A stretch of 64,000 nucleotides of DNA, taken from NCBI GenBank assembly GCA_029548395.1, contig JAKPNM010000005.1, positions 815 to 64,814 of the forward strand, in the 5' to 3' direction. The notes under the pieces are model-generated. The model did not search any database. It was not told the origin of the DNA and saw only the letters and a list, made by a program, of their open reading frames with translations. Below, piece by piece: positions 9,654-21,027 of the stretch. Numbering within the stretch: position 1 is the first letter of the stretch; every line of letters starts with the position of its first letter. Position numbers and translations under genes: made by a program. This stretch comes from Bacillota bacterium (GTDB lineage: Bacteria > Bacillota > Clostridia > Christensenellales > Aristaeellaceae).

Positions 9654-10392
9654 GGGGCAGGCTGACCGCAAGCATTCCGGCTTGTCCTGCGCTGAGAGCT
9701 CCCTGCGTTTCTCCCTTATGCCAGCAGTACGCGCCGCCTTTGGCGCGATCAGGCGCCGGATGCAGGTTGTTGACAAACATCACGGGCTTCGTCAGGATTC
9801 CGGAGCGTTCCCTGTACTCGTCCCGGATTCCGTTTTCCCAGTCGGCCAGCGGATAATCGCAGTGGACCGGCCACAGCATTGCGTCCGCCATGCGCTCAAG
9901 CGCATGGATGCTGCCCATCAGGGCTTCAGTCCAGAAATCACCGCATACCATCAGGCCGATTTTGATGCCCCTGATCTCAAAATGAGTCAGGGTTTTTCCC
10001 TCCTGATAGCAAGCCGGACTGTCCGGATAACGCCAGCCGGAGGACAGCCTGCGGTAATGGCACAGTGTGTCGCCGAATCGGTCAAGCACCAGATAGCTCG
10101 CGTAGAATAATTCATGCGCCAGCTCATAAAAGCCGAATCCGACGGCAAGCCGGTGGTTTCGCGCCATCTTTCGGATGCCTTCAATCGGCTGGCTGCTGAT
10201 GCCCAGCGCGATCTCCCTGTCATGCTCAGGCTGAAAGCGCAGGCTGTCAAACCCCTGCAAATAGGCCTCGCCCAGGAAGATCGCGTCCAGGCCCTGCCTG
10301 CGCGCTGCGCCTGCCATGTCTTCCATGCGCGCCATATTCGCTGTGATGTTTGATGTCTCGCTCAACTGCGCGCACAAACCCACCCGCAGCAT
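9619..10392 (-). CDS. Carbon-nitrogen hydrolase (nitrilase superfamily) protein
   Basis: 257 aa. CN-hydrolase-like Glu (FLGEAYL) and Cys (GLMVCGDFW) regions. AGGAGG RBS. The 3' end overlaps the nnr 3' end by 35 nt. Confidence 0.65.
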   Translation of the reverse strand: MLRVGLCAQLSETSNITANMARMEDMAGAARRQGLDAIFLGEAYLQGFDSLRFQPEHDREIALGISSQPIEGIRKMARNHRLAVGFGFYELAHELFYASYLVLDRFGDTLCHYRRLSSGWRYPDSPACYQEGKTLTHFEIRGIKIGLMVCGDFWTEALMGSIHALERMADAMLWPVHCDYPLADWENGIRDEYRERSGILTKPVMFVNNLHPAPDRAKGGAYCWHKGETQGALSAGQAGMLAVSLPLMALRPGAYTR

Positions 10393-10410
10393 GTCTGCCT
10401 CCTGTGCCTG

Positions 10411-10451
10411 TATAAAAACAAAGGGACTTGCTCAGCCCCGGAAACCCTTGT
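10411..10451 (-). terminator. Putative intrinsic terminator after guaB
   Basis: On the minus strand: ACAAGGG, a 19-nt loop, CCCTTTGT (one bulge), then TTTTTAT. It sits directly after the guaB stop and just before the RBS of the next gene. Confidence 0.4.
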
Positions 10452-12511
<2,060 letters not shown>

Positions 12512-12736
12512 ACGTGTCTCCTTGAACCTCCTTGAATGTCTGGTATTGTACCATGCTGGGCGCCTTGCCACAATGAGCGGGGAGGAAAAGAATTGCTCGT
12601 ATTGCAGGAGTATCTTCGCTTTTGAACATTGTCTGTACAAGCAACGGTTTGACGTGCCTGACTTGAGGTGCTATCCTCAGCCACAAGGCAGCGCCGGACC
12701 CCTGCTTGCCTGATTGTTGTATCAGCGGAGGCCCAT

Positions 12737-13930
12737 ATGAATTTTGTGTTTATTTCCCCTCATTTTCCTGAACATTACTGGCGTTTTTGCGCTGCGCTCA
12801 GGGAGAACGGCATTCAGGTGCTGGGCATTGCCGATACCCCTTACGAGCATTTGCTGCCCCAGCTGCGCGACAGCCTGAGCGATTATTATCAGGTGCCCAG
12901 CCTGGAGGACGGCGAGGCCGTGCTTAGGGCCATTGGCTGGTTTATCAGCCGTCACGGCCGCATAGATTGGATTGAATCCAACAACGAGTATTGGCTGGCC
13001 CAGGATGCCTGGCTGCGCACCATGTTCAATGTCCGCACCGGGCCGAACCTGGACAGGATGGACATCTACAAGCATAAATCGAGCATGAAGGCAGTGTATC
13101 AGCAGGCCGGTATTCCCACCGCGCCCAGCATGCTGGCGGACACGCTTGAAAATGCCCTGGCTTTCACGCGCAAGCATGGCTATCCGCTGGTAGCCAAGCC
13201 CGATGTCGGCGTAGGTGCCAATGACACCTTCCGTTTGAAGGACGAGCGGGATCTTCGGGATTTCTTTTCCAGATTGCCGCTGCAGCCCTACCTTTTGGAG
13301 CGCTATGTGGTGGGCGAGGTCTGCTCCTATGACGCCTTGATTGACGCCCAGGGACAGCCCCTGTATGAAACCGGCAACATCACTCCGTCCAACATCATGG
13401 ATGTTGTCAATGAGAAAAATGAATCGGTATACATGATTGTGCCGGAGATCGCCCCTGACCTGCGCGATGCCGGGCGCAGGGCGGTATCCGCCTTCGGTGC
13501 TTTCAGCCGGCTGATCCACTTTGAGTTTTTCCGTCTCACGCAGGATCAGGCCGGACTGGGCCGCGCCGGGGACCTGCTGGGCCTTGAGGTCAATATGCGC
13601 CCCTCCGGCGGCTTCACGCCGGACATGATCAATTATGCCGGCAGCGTGGACATCCACCGCCTGTGGGCTGACATGGTGCGCTTTGACCGTATCCATCTGG
13701 ATCAGAACCGCAGGAAGTACTTTTGCGTCTTTGTCGGCCGGCAGGACACCCATGTATACCGCTACGGGCATGATGAGCTGATGCGGGACTGGCATCACCG
13801 TATTGTCCATCATGCGCGCATACCCGAGGCGCTCTCCGGCGCGATGGGCAACGCAATGTATCTGGCGCAATGCATGAACCGGGATGAAGTGGACGCCTTT
13901 GTCCGCTATGCGTGTGAGCGCCTGCCATGA
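12737..13930 (+). CDS. ATP-grasp domain protein (carboxylate-amine ligase-like), substrate unknown
   Basis: ATG at 12737 follows GCGGAGG. About 397 aa with ATP-grasp-like segments (HGYPLVAKPDVGVGA..., YLLERYVVGE, HFEFF...LEVNMRP). Confidence 0.7.
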   Translation: MNFVFISPHFPEHYWRFCAALRENGIQVLGIADTPYEHLLPQLRDSLSDYYQVPSLEDGEAVLRAIGWFISRHGRIDWIESNNEYWLAQDAWLRTMFNVRTGPNLDRMDIYKHKSSMKAVYQQAGIPTAPSMLADTLENALAFTRKHGYPLVAKPDVGVGANDTFRLKDERDLRDFFSRLPLQPYLLERYVVGEVCSYDALIDAQGQPLYETGNITPSNIMDVVNEKNESVYMIVPEIAPDLRDAGRRAVSAFGAFSRLIHFEFFRLTQDQAGLGRAGDLLGLEVNMRPSGGFTPDMINYAGSVDIHRLWADMVRFDRIHLDQNRRKYFCVFVGRQDTHVYRYGHDELMRDWHHRIVHHARIPEALSGAMGNAMYLAQCMNRDEVDAFVRYACERLP

Positions 13931-14667
13931 TGATGCGTCAGAGCGATTTTTACAGCCATATCCTCAACCGGCGCCTTGGCATGCACATGTATGGGCACGA
14001 TGGGCTGCCCTGCCTGGTGTATCCCTCGCAAAACGGCAAAAGCGGTGATTTTGCGGGGTTTGGCATGGTGGATGTCTGCCGCCCCTGGATCGACCGGGGC
14101 AGGCTGAGGCTTTACTGTGTGGACAGCCTGGATGAGCAGACCTGGTCGGCGACAGACCGCGCGCCCCGGGAGCGCATGGAGCTGCACGAGGCATGGTTCA
14201 GCCATATCACACAGGAGTTTGTGCCCTTTATCCACCGCGACAGCGCCTGGGAGGGCAGGCTGATGACCCTGGGATGCAGCCTGGGGGCTACCCATGCCGC
14301 CAACACGCTGTTTCGCCGGCCGGATTTGTTCTCCTGCGTCATCGCTCTGTCCGGCGCCTATGACATGCGCTGGATGTTGGCGGGCTACTCGGATGAGTTG
14401 GTTTATCTTAATTCGCCCTTGGACAGCATACGGGGCATGCCTGCGGATCATCCCTGGGTCAAGCTGCTCAACAGCTGCAACATTGTGCTGTGCTGTGGAC
14501 AGGGCGCCTGGGAGGAGGAGATGCTGCGCTCCCTGCGGCTGCTGGAAGCGGCCTGTCATGAAAAGGGGATCTATCCTTGGGTGGACATCTGGGGCGGGGA
14601 CGTCCACCATGACTGGGAATGGTGGCGCAGGCAGCTGCCGTATTTCCTTGGGAAACTGCTGGACTGA
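13927..14667 (+). CDS. Esterase-family (PF00756-like 'putative esterase') serine hydrolase
   Basis: 246 aa. Nucleophile elbow GCSLG and a C-terminal His-rich region (GGDVHHDWEWW). ATGA overlap with the ATP-grasp gene. Confidence 0.65.
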   Translation: MMMRQSDFYSHILNRRLGMHMYGHDGLPCLVYPSQNGKSGDFAGFGMVDVCRPWIDRGRLRLYCVDSLDEQTWSATDRAPRERMELHEAWFSHITQEFVPFIHRDSAWEGRLMTLGCSLGATHAANTLFRRPDLFSCVIALSGAYDMRWMLAGYSDELVYLNSPLDSIRGMPADHPWVKLLNSCNIVLCCGQGAWEEEMLRSLRLLEAACHEKGIYPWVDIWGGDVHHDWEWWRRQLPYFLGKLLD

Positions 14668-14738
14668 GGTACCGGGGCGGAGGAGGGCGGCATACTCGAT
14701 GCATTCCTGATGCCGGTGTTAGAGCTTCCGCATAAGGG

Positions 14739-14758
14739 GGGCTGCCGTTTGGCAGCCC
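14739..14758. terminator. GC-rich hairpin between the convergent esterase and clpB genes (possible shared terminator)
   Basis: GGGCTGCC-GTTT-GGCAGCCC, an 8-bp perfect stem. There is no clean U-tract on either strand. Confidence 0.35.
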
Positions 14759-14790
14759 TCGCGTTGAATTTATGTATTTTCTGCTGTGGG

Positions 14791-17424
14791 TTACACGACG
14801 GTGCCGACAAATTCCGCCGGCTTTGTGATTTCCACCTTGAAGTTTCCCTGTTCCGCGGCTTGCACCCGCAGGGTGTCGCCGTGGGCGGCCTTGCCCTCAA
14901 TCAGGGTACGGGCAATCAGCGTTTCAATCTGGCTTTGGATCAGGCGCTTCATCGGCCGCGCGCCGTACACCGGGTCATAGCCCATCTCCATCAGGCGGTT
15001 GATCGCCTGCGGGTCAAGCTCCAGCTGCAGCTGGCGATCCTTGAGGCGCGCGCGCAGGCGGTTGAGCTGCAGGTCAACAATCTCCCGGATTTGCTCACGG
15101 TTTAAGGGCGTGAAGAGGACGGTTTCATCAATCCGGTTAAGAAACTCCGGACGGAAATGTCCCCGAAGCAGGCCGCGGATGCTCTCGCGCGTGCCCTCGT
15201 CCAGTATGCCGTCATCGGAAATGTTCTCCAAAATCATGGAGGAGCCCAGGTTGGAGGTCATGATCAGGATGGTGTTCTTAAAATCCACGGTGCGTCCCTG
15301 GCTGTCGGTCACGCGTCCGTCGTCCAGGATCTGCAGCAGCACGTTGAACACGTCCGGGTGCGCTTTTTCCAGCTCGTCAAACAGGATGACCGAATAGGGC
15401 TTGCGGCGGACGGCTTCTGTGAGCTGACCGCCCTCCTCATAGCCTACATAGCCCGGCGGTGCGCCAATCAGCCTGGAGACCGAGAATTTCTCCATGTATT
15501 CGGACATATCGATGCGGATCAGCATCTTCTCGTCATCAAACAGGTTCTCTGCCAGCGCCTTGGCCAATTCGGTCTTGCCCACACCGGTGGGCCCCAGAAA
15601 GAGGAAGGAGCCGATGGGCCGCGCCTCATCCGAGATGCCCGCGCGCGAGCGCAGGATGGCATCGGATACCAGCTGGATGGCCTCATCCTGGCCGACAACG
15701 CGCCGGTGCAGGGTTTCAGGAAGCGCCAACAGCTTTTCACGGTCGCTCTCCAGCAGCTTGCTGACAGGGATGCCGGTCCAGCGGCCCACAATGCGCGCGA
15801 TCTCATCATCGGTTACGCGGTCGCGAAGGTAGATGGCCTTGCCTTTTTCACCCTCAGCCGCTTCCTGTTGCGCCAGCTCCTGCTGCAAGCGCGGCAAATC
15901 TCCGTACTTGAGCTGCGCGGCGGCATTCAGGTCATAGTTGCGTTCCGCCTGGGCGATGCGGGCGTTGACCTGTTCGATCTGCTCGCGCAGTTTTTGCGTC
16001 TTGCCGATTTCCTGTTTCTCGTTTTCCCACTTGGCGGTCATCTGCGCATACTGGTCTCTCAGCTCGGCCAGCTCCAGGCGCAGATCCTCCAAACGCCCCT
16101 TGGACAGGCGGTCGCTCTCCTTCTCCAGGGCGGCCTCCTCGATTTCAAGCTGCATGATCCTCCGGCGCACCTCGTCCAGCTCAGAAGGCATGGAATCCAT
16201 CTCTGTACGGATCATTGCGCAGGCCTCATCCACAAGGTCAATGGCTTTATCCGGAAGGAAGCGGTCGGTGATATAGCGGTTGGACAGGGTGGCTGCCGCG
16301 ATGAGCGCGCCATCCTGAATTTTGACGCCATGGAATACCTCATAACGCTCCTGAAGCCCGCGAAGGATGGAGATGGTATCCTCCACTGTGGGTTCCTCAA
16401 CCAGAACCGGCTGGAAGCGCCGCTCAAGCGCCGCGTCCTTTTCGATATGCTGCCTGTATTCATTCAGCGTTGTCGCGCCGATACAGTGCAGCTCACCCCG
16501 CGCCAGCATGGGCTTTAACAGGTTGCCGGCGTCCATCGCGCCATCGGCCTTGCCGGCGCCCACGATGGTGTGAAGCTCGTCAATGAACAGCAGAACCTGT
16601 CCCCTGGCATTCTTGACCTCGGCCAGCACCGCCTTGAGACGCTCTTCAAACTCCCCGCGGAATTTGGCTCCTGCAATCAAGGCACCCATGTCAAGGGAAA
16701 TGATAGCGCGATCCTTTAAGTTTTCCGGCACGTCGCCGCGCACGATGCGTTGAGCCAGGCCTTCCGCGATGGCGGTCTTGCCCACGCCGGGCTCGCCGAT
16801 CAGCACCGGGTTATTCTTGGTTTTCCGGCTGAGGATGCGGATGACATCGCGTATTTCGCTGTCGCGGCCAATCACCGGATCCAGTTTCTGGTTTTTGGCC
16901 AGCGCGGTCAGATCGGTACCGTACTTGGCCAAGGCGTCATAGCTGTCCTCAGGGGTATCGCTGGTCACCCGTGTGGTGCCGCGCACTTCGCTTAAAGCCT
17001 TGAGGAAGCCGTCTTCCCGCACCTGAAACTGGGAAAACACGGCCTGAAGCGCCCGGTCGGCCGCACGCATCAGCCCCAAAAACAGGTGCTCTACGGAGAT
17101 GTACTCGTCCTTCATGCGCTCGGCCGCATCTGAGGCTTCTCGCAGGGCGCGGTCCATCTCCTGGGAGACATAGGTCTTGCCTTCTTCGCGCACGCTGCCG
17201 CGCACCCGGGGCAGCTTTTCAACTTCCTCCAGCGCCCGCGCTGACAGTGCGGCTGTCTGCTTGCCCAGGCGCGTGAGCAGCTGGGGGATCAGGTTGTTGT
17301 CGTCCTGCAGCAACGCGTACAACAAATGTGATTGTTCCAGCGTTTGATTCATGTATTCTCCCGCCAGACGCTGAGCGTCCTGAATGGCGTCAATGCTTTT
17401 TTGTGTGTATCTGATCTGGCTCAT
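14791..17424 (-). CDS. clpB: ATP-dependent chaperone/disaggregase ClpB
   Basis: About 877 aa from the ATG at 17424 (RBS GAGGTG). Clp_N repeats, two AAA+ modules ([16 protein letters not shown]) and a long coiled-coil middle domain between them. Confidence 0.95.
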   Translation of the reverse strand: MSQIRYTQKSIDAIQDAQRLAGEYMNQTLEQSHLLYALLQDDNNLIPQLLTRLGKQTAALSARALEEVEKLPRVRGSVREEGKTYVSQEMDRALREASDAAERMKDEYISVEHLFLGLMRAADRALQAVFSQFQVREDGFLKALSEVRGTTRVTSDTPEDSYDALAKYGTDLTALAKNQKLDPVIGRDSEIRDVIRILSRKTKNNPVLIGEPGVGKTAIAEGLAQRIVRGDVPENLKDRAIISLDMGALIAGAKFRGEFEERLKAVLAEVKNARGQVLLFIDELHTIVGAGKADGAMDAGNLLKPMLARGELHCIGATTLNEYRQHIEKDAALERRFQPVLVEEPTVEDTISILRGLQERYEVFHGVKIQDGALIAAATLSNRYITDRFLPDKAIDLVDEACAMIRTEMDSMPSELDEVRRRIMQLEIEEAALEKESDRLSKGRLEDLRLELAELRDQYAQMTAKWENEKQEIGKTQKLREQIEQVNARIAQAERNYDLNAAAQLKYGDLPRLQQELAQQEAAEGEKGKAIYLRDRVTDDEIARIVGRWTGIPVSKLLESDREKLLALPETLHRRVVGQDEAIQLVSDAILRSRAGISDEARPIGSFLFLGPTGVGKTELAKALAENLFDDEKMLIRIDMSEYMEKFSVSRLIGAPPGYVGYEEGGQLTEAVRRKPYSVILFDELEKAHPDVFNVLLQILDDGRVTDSQGRTVDFKNTILIMTSNLGSSMILENISDDGILDEGTRESIRGLLRGHFRPEFLNRIDETVLFTPLNREQIREIVDLQLNRLRARLKDRQLQLELDPQAINRLMEMGYDPVYGARPMKRLIQSQIETLIARTLIEGKAAHGDTLRVQAAEQGNFKVEITKPAEFVGTVV

Positions 17425-17465
17425 GCTGCCCTTCACCTCACTAATTTTAATGAAACCGGTCAAAC

Positions 17466-17482
17466 CCTGACTATCTTTGACC
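17466..17482 (-). promoter_or_regulatory. CtsR-like operator downstream of the clpB promoter
   Basis: The clpB-sense strand reads GGTCAAAGATAGTCAGG, against the CtsR consensus (A/G)GTCAAA-NAN-(A/G)GTCAAA. The first heptad is perfect and the second matches 5/7. The site also forms GGTCAAA-N11-TTTGACC. Confidence 0.5.
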
Positions 17483-17490
17483 TTATTGTA

Positions 17491-17518
17491 ATTATATATG
17501 CCCAAATCTGTATGTCAA
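17491..17518 (-). promoter_or_regulatory. Sigma-A-type promoter of clpB
   Basis: Minus strand: TTGACA (17518-17513), 16-nt spacer, TATAAT (17496-17491), about 65 nt upstream of the start codon. Confidence 0.6.
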
Positions 17519-17607
17519 GTGTTTTTTGATTGATTTCCCGATTTCATGATGTTTTTGGTGTCGCTTCAGAAACTTCAGAAAAATTTTTACGTGAGGCCGC
17601 TTTTCGC

Positions 17608-17635
17608 TTGACAAGACGTTTGAGTGGTATAAAAT
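17608..17635 (+). promoter_or_regulatory. Putative promoter of the sugar-utilisation locus
   Basis: TTGACA (17608-17613), 16-nt spacer, TAAAAT (17630-17635). CAGTGC-N12-GCACTG follows at 17678-17701, just before the RBS. Confidence 0.45.
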
Positions 17636-17718
17636 TAAGATAAGACAAATAGGGGAAGTTCCCTGTTAAAACAAATACAGTGCGTTTATTGATTTGCACT
17701 GAACAAGGAGGGTTAAAT

Positions 17719-18711
17719 ATGAACAAACGGCCAGTCACGCTGTGTACTGCGCAATGGGCAGACATGCACTTTGAGGAGCTGTGCGCGCTCGCCAGCGACA
17801 TGGGCTATGACGGATTGGAGATTGCCTGCTGGGGCAACAGTCTGGACTTGGACCGCGCGCTTGAGGAGCCGGACTATATTCCCTGGGTGAAGGACACGCT
17901 CAAAAAGCATCGCCTGGTCTGCAAGGCCATCGCTACCCACATCATCGGACAGTGTGTGGGTGACGCGCCCGATCCGCGGCTGAACAATTTTGCCCCTGCC
18001 CGGCTCAAGGACAATCCGCAGGGCATCCGCGAGTGGGGCATAGAGCAAATGAAAAAGTCGGCCCAGGTCGCGCGCATGCTGGATGTGGATGTGGTGACCG
18101 GCTTTACAGGCAGTCCCATCTGGAAGTATCTGTACTCCTTCCCGCAGACCACCGAGGAGATGATCGAGGCGGGCTTCCAGGAGATCTACGATCTGTGGAC
18201 ACCCATCCTGGCGGAATTCCGCAAGCATGGTGTGCGCTTTGCGCTGGAGGTTCACCCGGGCGAAATCGCCTTCGACTACTACTCCACCAAACGCCTGCTT
18301 GAAAAATTCAAGGACTGGCCGGAGTTTGGCCTCAACTTTGACCCCAGCCACCTGCTATGGCAGGGCGTGACCCCGCATCTGTTCCTCAGCGATTTTATCG
18401 ATCGTGTCTATCATGTTCACATGAAGGACGCGGCTGTCACCCTGGACGGCCGCAGCGGGCTGCTGGGATCCCATATTGATTTTGGCGACCTGCGCCGCGG
18501 GTGGAACTTCCGCTCCCTGGGCCATGGCGGTGTCAACTTTGAGGAGATCATCCGCGTGCTCAATGCCCACGGCTATGACGGTCCCCTGTCAGTGGAGTGG
18601 GAGGACAGCGGCATGGACCGGATCGATGGCGCTACCGAGGCCTGCGCCTTTGTCAAGAAGATCAATTTCAAGCCCTCTCTCGTCAAGTTTGACGAGGCGA
18701 TCGCCAATTAG
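17719..18711 (+). CDS. Xylose-isomerase-like TIM-barrel protein (sugar phosphate isomerase/epimerase family)
   Basis: ATG at 17719 follows AAGGAGGG. 330 aa. AP-endonuclease-2/TIM-barrel pattern (GYDGLEI..., FALEVHPGE, HVHMKD, SVEWED). Confidence 0.75.
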   Translation: MNKRPVTLCTAQWADMHFEELCALASDMGYDGLEIACWGNSLDLDRALEEPDYIPWVKDTLKKHRLVCKAIATHIIGQCVGDAPDPRLNNFAPARLKDNPQGIREWGIEQMKKSAQVARMLDVDVVTGFTGSPIWKYLYSFPQTTEEMIEAGFQEIYDLWTPILAEFRKHGVRFALEVHPGEIAFDYYSTKRLLEKFKDWPEFGLNFDPSHLLWQGVTPHLFLSDFIDRVYHVHMKDAAVTLDGRSGLLGSHIDFGDLRRGWNFRSLGHGGVNFEEIIRVLNAHGYDGPLSVEWEDSGMDRIDGATEACAFVKKINFKPSLVKFDEAIAN

Positions 18712-18721
18712 GGAGGAAGAC

Positions 18722-19870
18722 ATGAGACCGCATGTGAATTATGGCATGGTGGGTGGGGACATCCACGCTTTCATCGGTGTGGTGCACCGCAGGGCCATTC
18801 GCTTTGATACGCGCGCCCGCCTGGTAGCCGGCTGCTTTTCAGCTTCCTCACAGGAAAAGAACCGCGAAAGCGGCGAGGTACTGGGGCTGGATCCGCAGCG
18901 CGTATACGCCAGCTACCGTGAAATGGCCCAAAAGGAAGCGGCCAGGCCTGATGGCATCGAATTTGTTTCCATCGTCACCCCCAATGTCACGCATTATGAG
19001 ATCGCCAAGGCTTTTCTGGAGAACGGGATCCATGTGATGTGCGAGAAGCCCCTGTGCTTCACCGTGGCCCAGGCGGAGGAGCTGCGCGACCTGGCCAAAC
19101 GCAACCGCCTGCTCTTTGGCGTCAACTATTCCTACACCGGCTACGCGCTTGCCAAGGTGATGCGCGAGATGGTGCAGGAGGGCAAAATTGGCAAGGTGAT
19201 CAATGTCAACGCGGAGTATCCGCAGGAATGGCTGCTTGACGACCTGCACCCGGTTCCCGGGCAGGAGCTCAAGCTGTCCGTTTGGCGCAAGGATCCGGCT
19301 GTTGCCGGCATCTCCAACTGCGTGGGCGACATCGGCAGCCACATCGAAAACTTTGTCCACTACGTCACGGGGCTGAGGATCAAGCGCCTGCTGGCGGTGA
19401 CCAATCATTTCGGCCAGCCGCTGGACCTCAACGCCAATATCCTGGTCGAATATGAAAACGGCGCCAACGGCGCCTACTGGTGCTCCCAGGTAGCCGCAGG
19501 CACCCTCAACGCGCTGGCTGTGCGTATCTATGGGGATGAGGGCTCCCTGGAATGGAAGCAGGAGGATCCGGACAATGTGCGCTACACCCCCCGGGGCGAG
19601 GCGCCGCGCATCCTGTCCCGCGGCAACGGTTATCTCAAGGAGAAGGCTGCGGCTAACAGCCAGCTGCCCACCGGGCACCCGGAGGGCCTGCATGTCGCTT
19701 TTGCCAACCTGTACAAAAACTTCATCACCGCCGTGCTGATGCACCGCGATGGCCAGGATACCGATGACATTGACTTCCCGCGGGTAGAGGACGGCCTCAA
19801 CGGCGTGAGATTTATCCACGCGGTCGTTGAGAGCGCCAAGAACGATGCCAAGTGGGTGGAATTAATGTAG
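18722..19870 (+). CDS. Gfo/Idh/MocA family oxidoreductase
   Basis: ATG at 18722 follows GGGAGGAAG. Rossmann N-terminus (NYGMVGGD...) and the EKP motif (HVMCEKPL). About 382 aa. Confidence 0.8.
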   Translation: MRPHVNYGMVGGDIHAFIGVVHRRAIRFDTRARLVAGCFSASSQEKNRESGEVLGLDPQRVYASYREMAQKEAARPDGIEFVSIVTPNVTHYEIAKAFLENGIHVMCEKPLCFTVAQAEELRDLAKRNRLLFGVNYSYTGYALAKVMREMVQEGKIGKVINVNAEYPQEWLLDDLHPVPGQELKLSVWRKDPAVAGISNCVGDIGSHIENFVHYVTGLRIKRLLAVTNHFGQPLDLNANILVEYENGANGAYWCSQVAAGTLNALAVRIYGDEGSLEWKQEDPDNVRYTPRGEAPRILSRGNGYLKEKAAANSQLPTGHPEGLHVAFANLYKNFITAVLMHRDGQDTDDIDFPRVEDGLNGVRFIHAVVESAKNDAKWVELM

Positions 19871-19920
19871 ACTTTATTGGCAATGCCAATAGAATAAGAA
19901 TATCAAACGGAGGAAAAATC

Positions 19921-20958
19921 ATGAGAAAACTGGTAACCCTGTTGCTGGCAGCCATCATGCTGCTATCTGTGACCAGCGCCCTGGCCGCCAATGAGGACAT
20001 TGTGATCCTCGTGCCCAACGCGGACCATGGCTGGACTGGCGCCGTGCTCAGCTATGCTGAGGAAAAGGCCAAGGAAATCAACGATGCGGGCGTGTATACC
20101 GCGCGCGTCATCGCCTCTTCCGATCCCGCCAACCAGATCACCCAGGTTGAGGACATCATTGACAACAAGTCCGCCAAGACTGTTGTGATTCTGCCCTATG
20201 ACAATACCCTGGAAGCCACCATGCGCAAGCTGGTCGACAGCGGCATCCCCTTTGTGATGTTCGACCGCGTCATTGATGCCGTGGCCGAGAACGCGGTTTC
20301 TGTTGTCAAGGGTGACAATGAGGGCATCGGCCTTGAGACTGCCAAACGCTTTGTGGCTGTCGGCCTGCTTCCGGGCGAGCCTGTCCTGATCATCCCCGGC
20401 GACAACTCTTCCGTGCCCGAGATGCGCAACAACGGCTTCTTCAAGGGCCTGCTTGAAGCCGGCTGGACGCAGGAACAGGTGGACGGAATCAAATCCACCG
20501 CCTACACCGGCTGGAGCCGTTCTGAAGGCCGCCGCCTGTTCACCGAGTGGCTGGACAGCAATACCATCGATGAGATCAAGGCCAACCGTTACATCTTTAC
20601 CCATGACGACGAGATCGCGATGGGCATGCTCGAAGCGCTCAAGAGCTCTGACATTGATCCTGCCAAGAAGGAAGCCTTCCTGGGCGCCAAGGTCATCCTG
20701 GGATCATCTTCAGGCCTGAATGAGATCTACTCCGTGCTCAAGGGCATCCATCAAAAGGACTACACGGCTGAAGTTGCCCAGCTGGGCGATTTGTTCACCG
20801 TCACCTATGACCCGGGCATGATCAAGATTGCTGTTCAGGACATGGTAGACTATCTGGACGGCAAGGAAGTTGCCAAGGACCACGTTGTGCCGGTCAGCGT
20901 TGTTGACGCGACCAATGTCAGCGAGTTCCAGGGCTTTGGCGACGCGTTTGCCAAGTAA
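19921..20958 (+). CDS. Sugar ABC transporter substrate-binding protein (periplasmic-binding-protein type I, ribose/galactose-like)
   Basis: ATG at 19921 follows GGAGGAAAAA. Signal peptide MRKLVTLLLAAIMLLSVTSALA, then a PBP1-like body. Confidence 0.75.
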   Translation: MRKLVTLLLAAIMLLSVTSALAANEDIVILVPNADHGWTGAVLSYAEEKAKEINDAGVYTARVIASSDPANQITQVEDIIDNKSAKTVVILPYDNTLEATMRKLVDSGIPFVMFDRVIDAVAENAVSVVKGDNEGIGLETAKRFVAVGLLPGEPVLIIPGDNSSVPEMRNNGFFKGLLEAGWTQEQVDGIKSTAYTGWSRSEGRRLFTEWLDSNTIDEIKANRYIFTHDDEIAMGMLEALKSSDIDPAKKEAFLGAKVILGSSSGLNEIYSVLKGIHQKDYTAEVAQLGDLFTVTYDPGMIKIAVQDMVDYLDGKEVAKDHVVPVSVVDATNVSEFQGFGDAFAK

Positions 20959-20970
20959 TCATATGACCCT

Positions 20971-21002
20971 GCCCTCCGCAGGCAAGCCTGCGGAGGGCTT
21001 TT
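20971..21002 (+). terminator. Hairpin between the binding-protein and ATPase genes (attenuating terminator or RNA stabiliser)
   Basis: GCCCTCCGCAGG-CAAG-CCTGCGGAGGGC, a 12-bp perfect stem, followed by TTTT. Confidence 0.6.
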
Positions 21003-21027
21003 GACAAGCAAGGAGACCGGGCGCGAC

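Noticed and set aside
12722-13870. Further long antisense ORFs, listed with the gene each one mirrors: 12722-13870 (ATP-grasp), 15157-16518 (clpB), 18848-19819 (oxidoreductase), 22655-23611 (permease), 36286-37407 (lysS), 42636-43124, 44548-45174 and 58744-59568 (ppa), plus many shorter ones.
   Set aside because: This is the same shadow-ORF effect. Each one mirrors a gene with clear family motifs on the other strand, shows biased Arg/Gly/Pro/His composition and has no Shine-Dalgarno site.
17544-17801. An 85-aa minus-strand ORF in the clpB/sugar-locus intergenic region.
   Set aside because: It spans the AT-rich divergent promoter region and runs into the start of the TIM-barrel gene. It has no RBS, and its sequence looks like translated promoter DNA.
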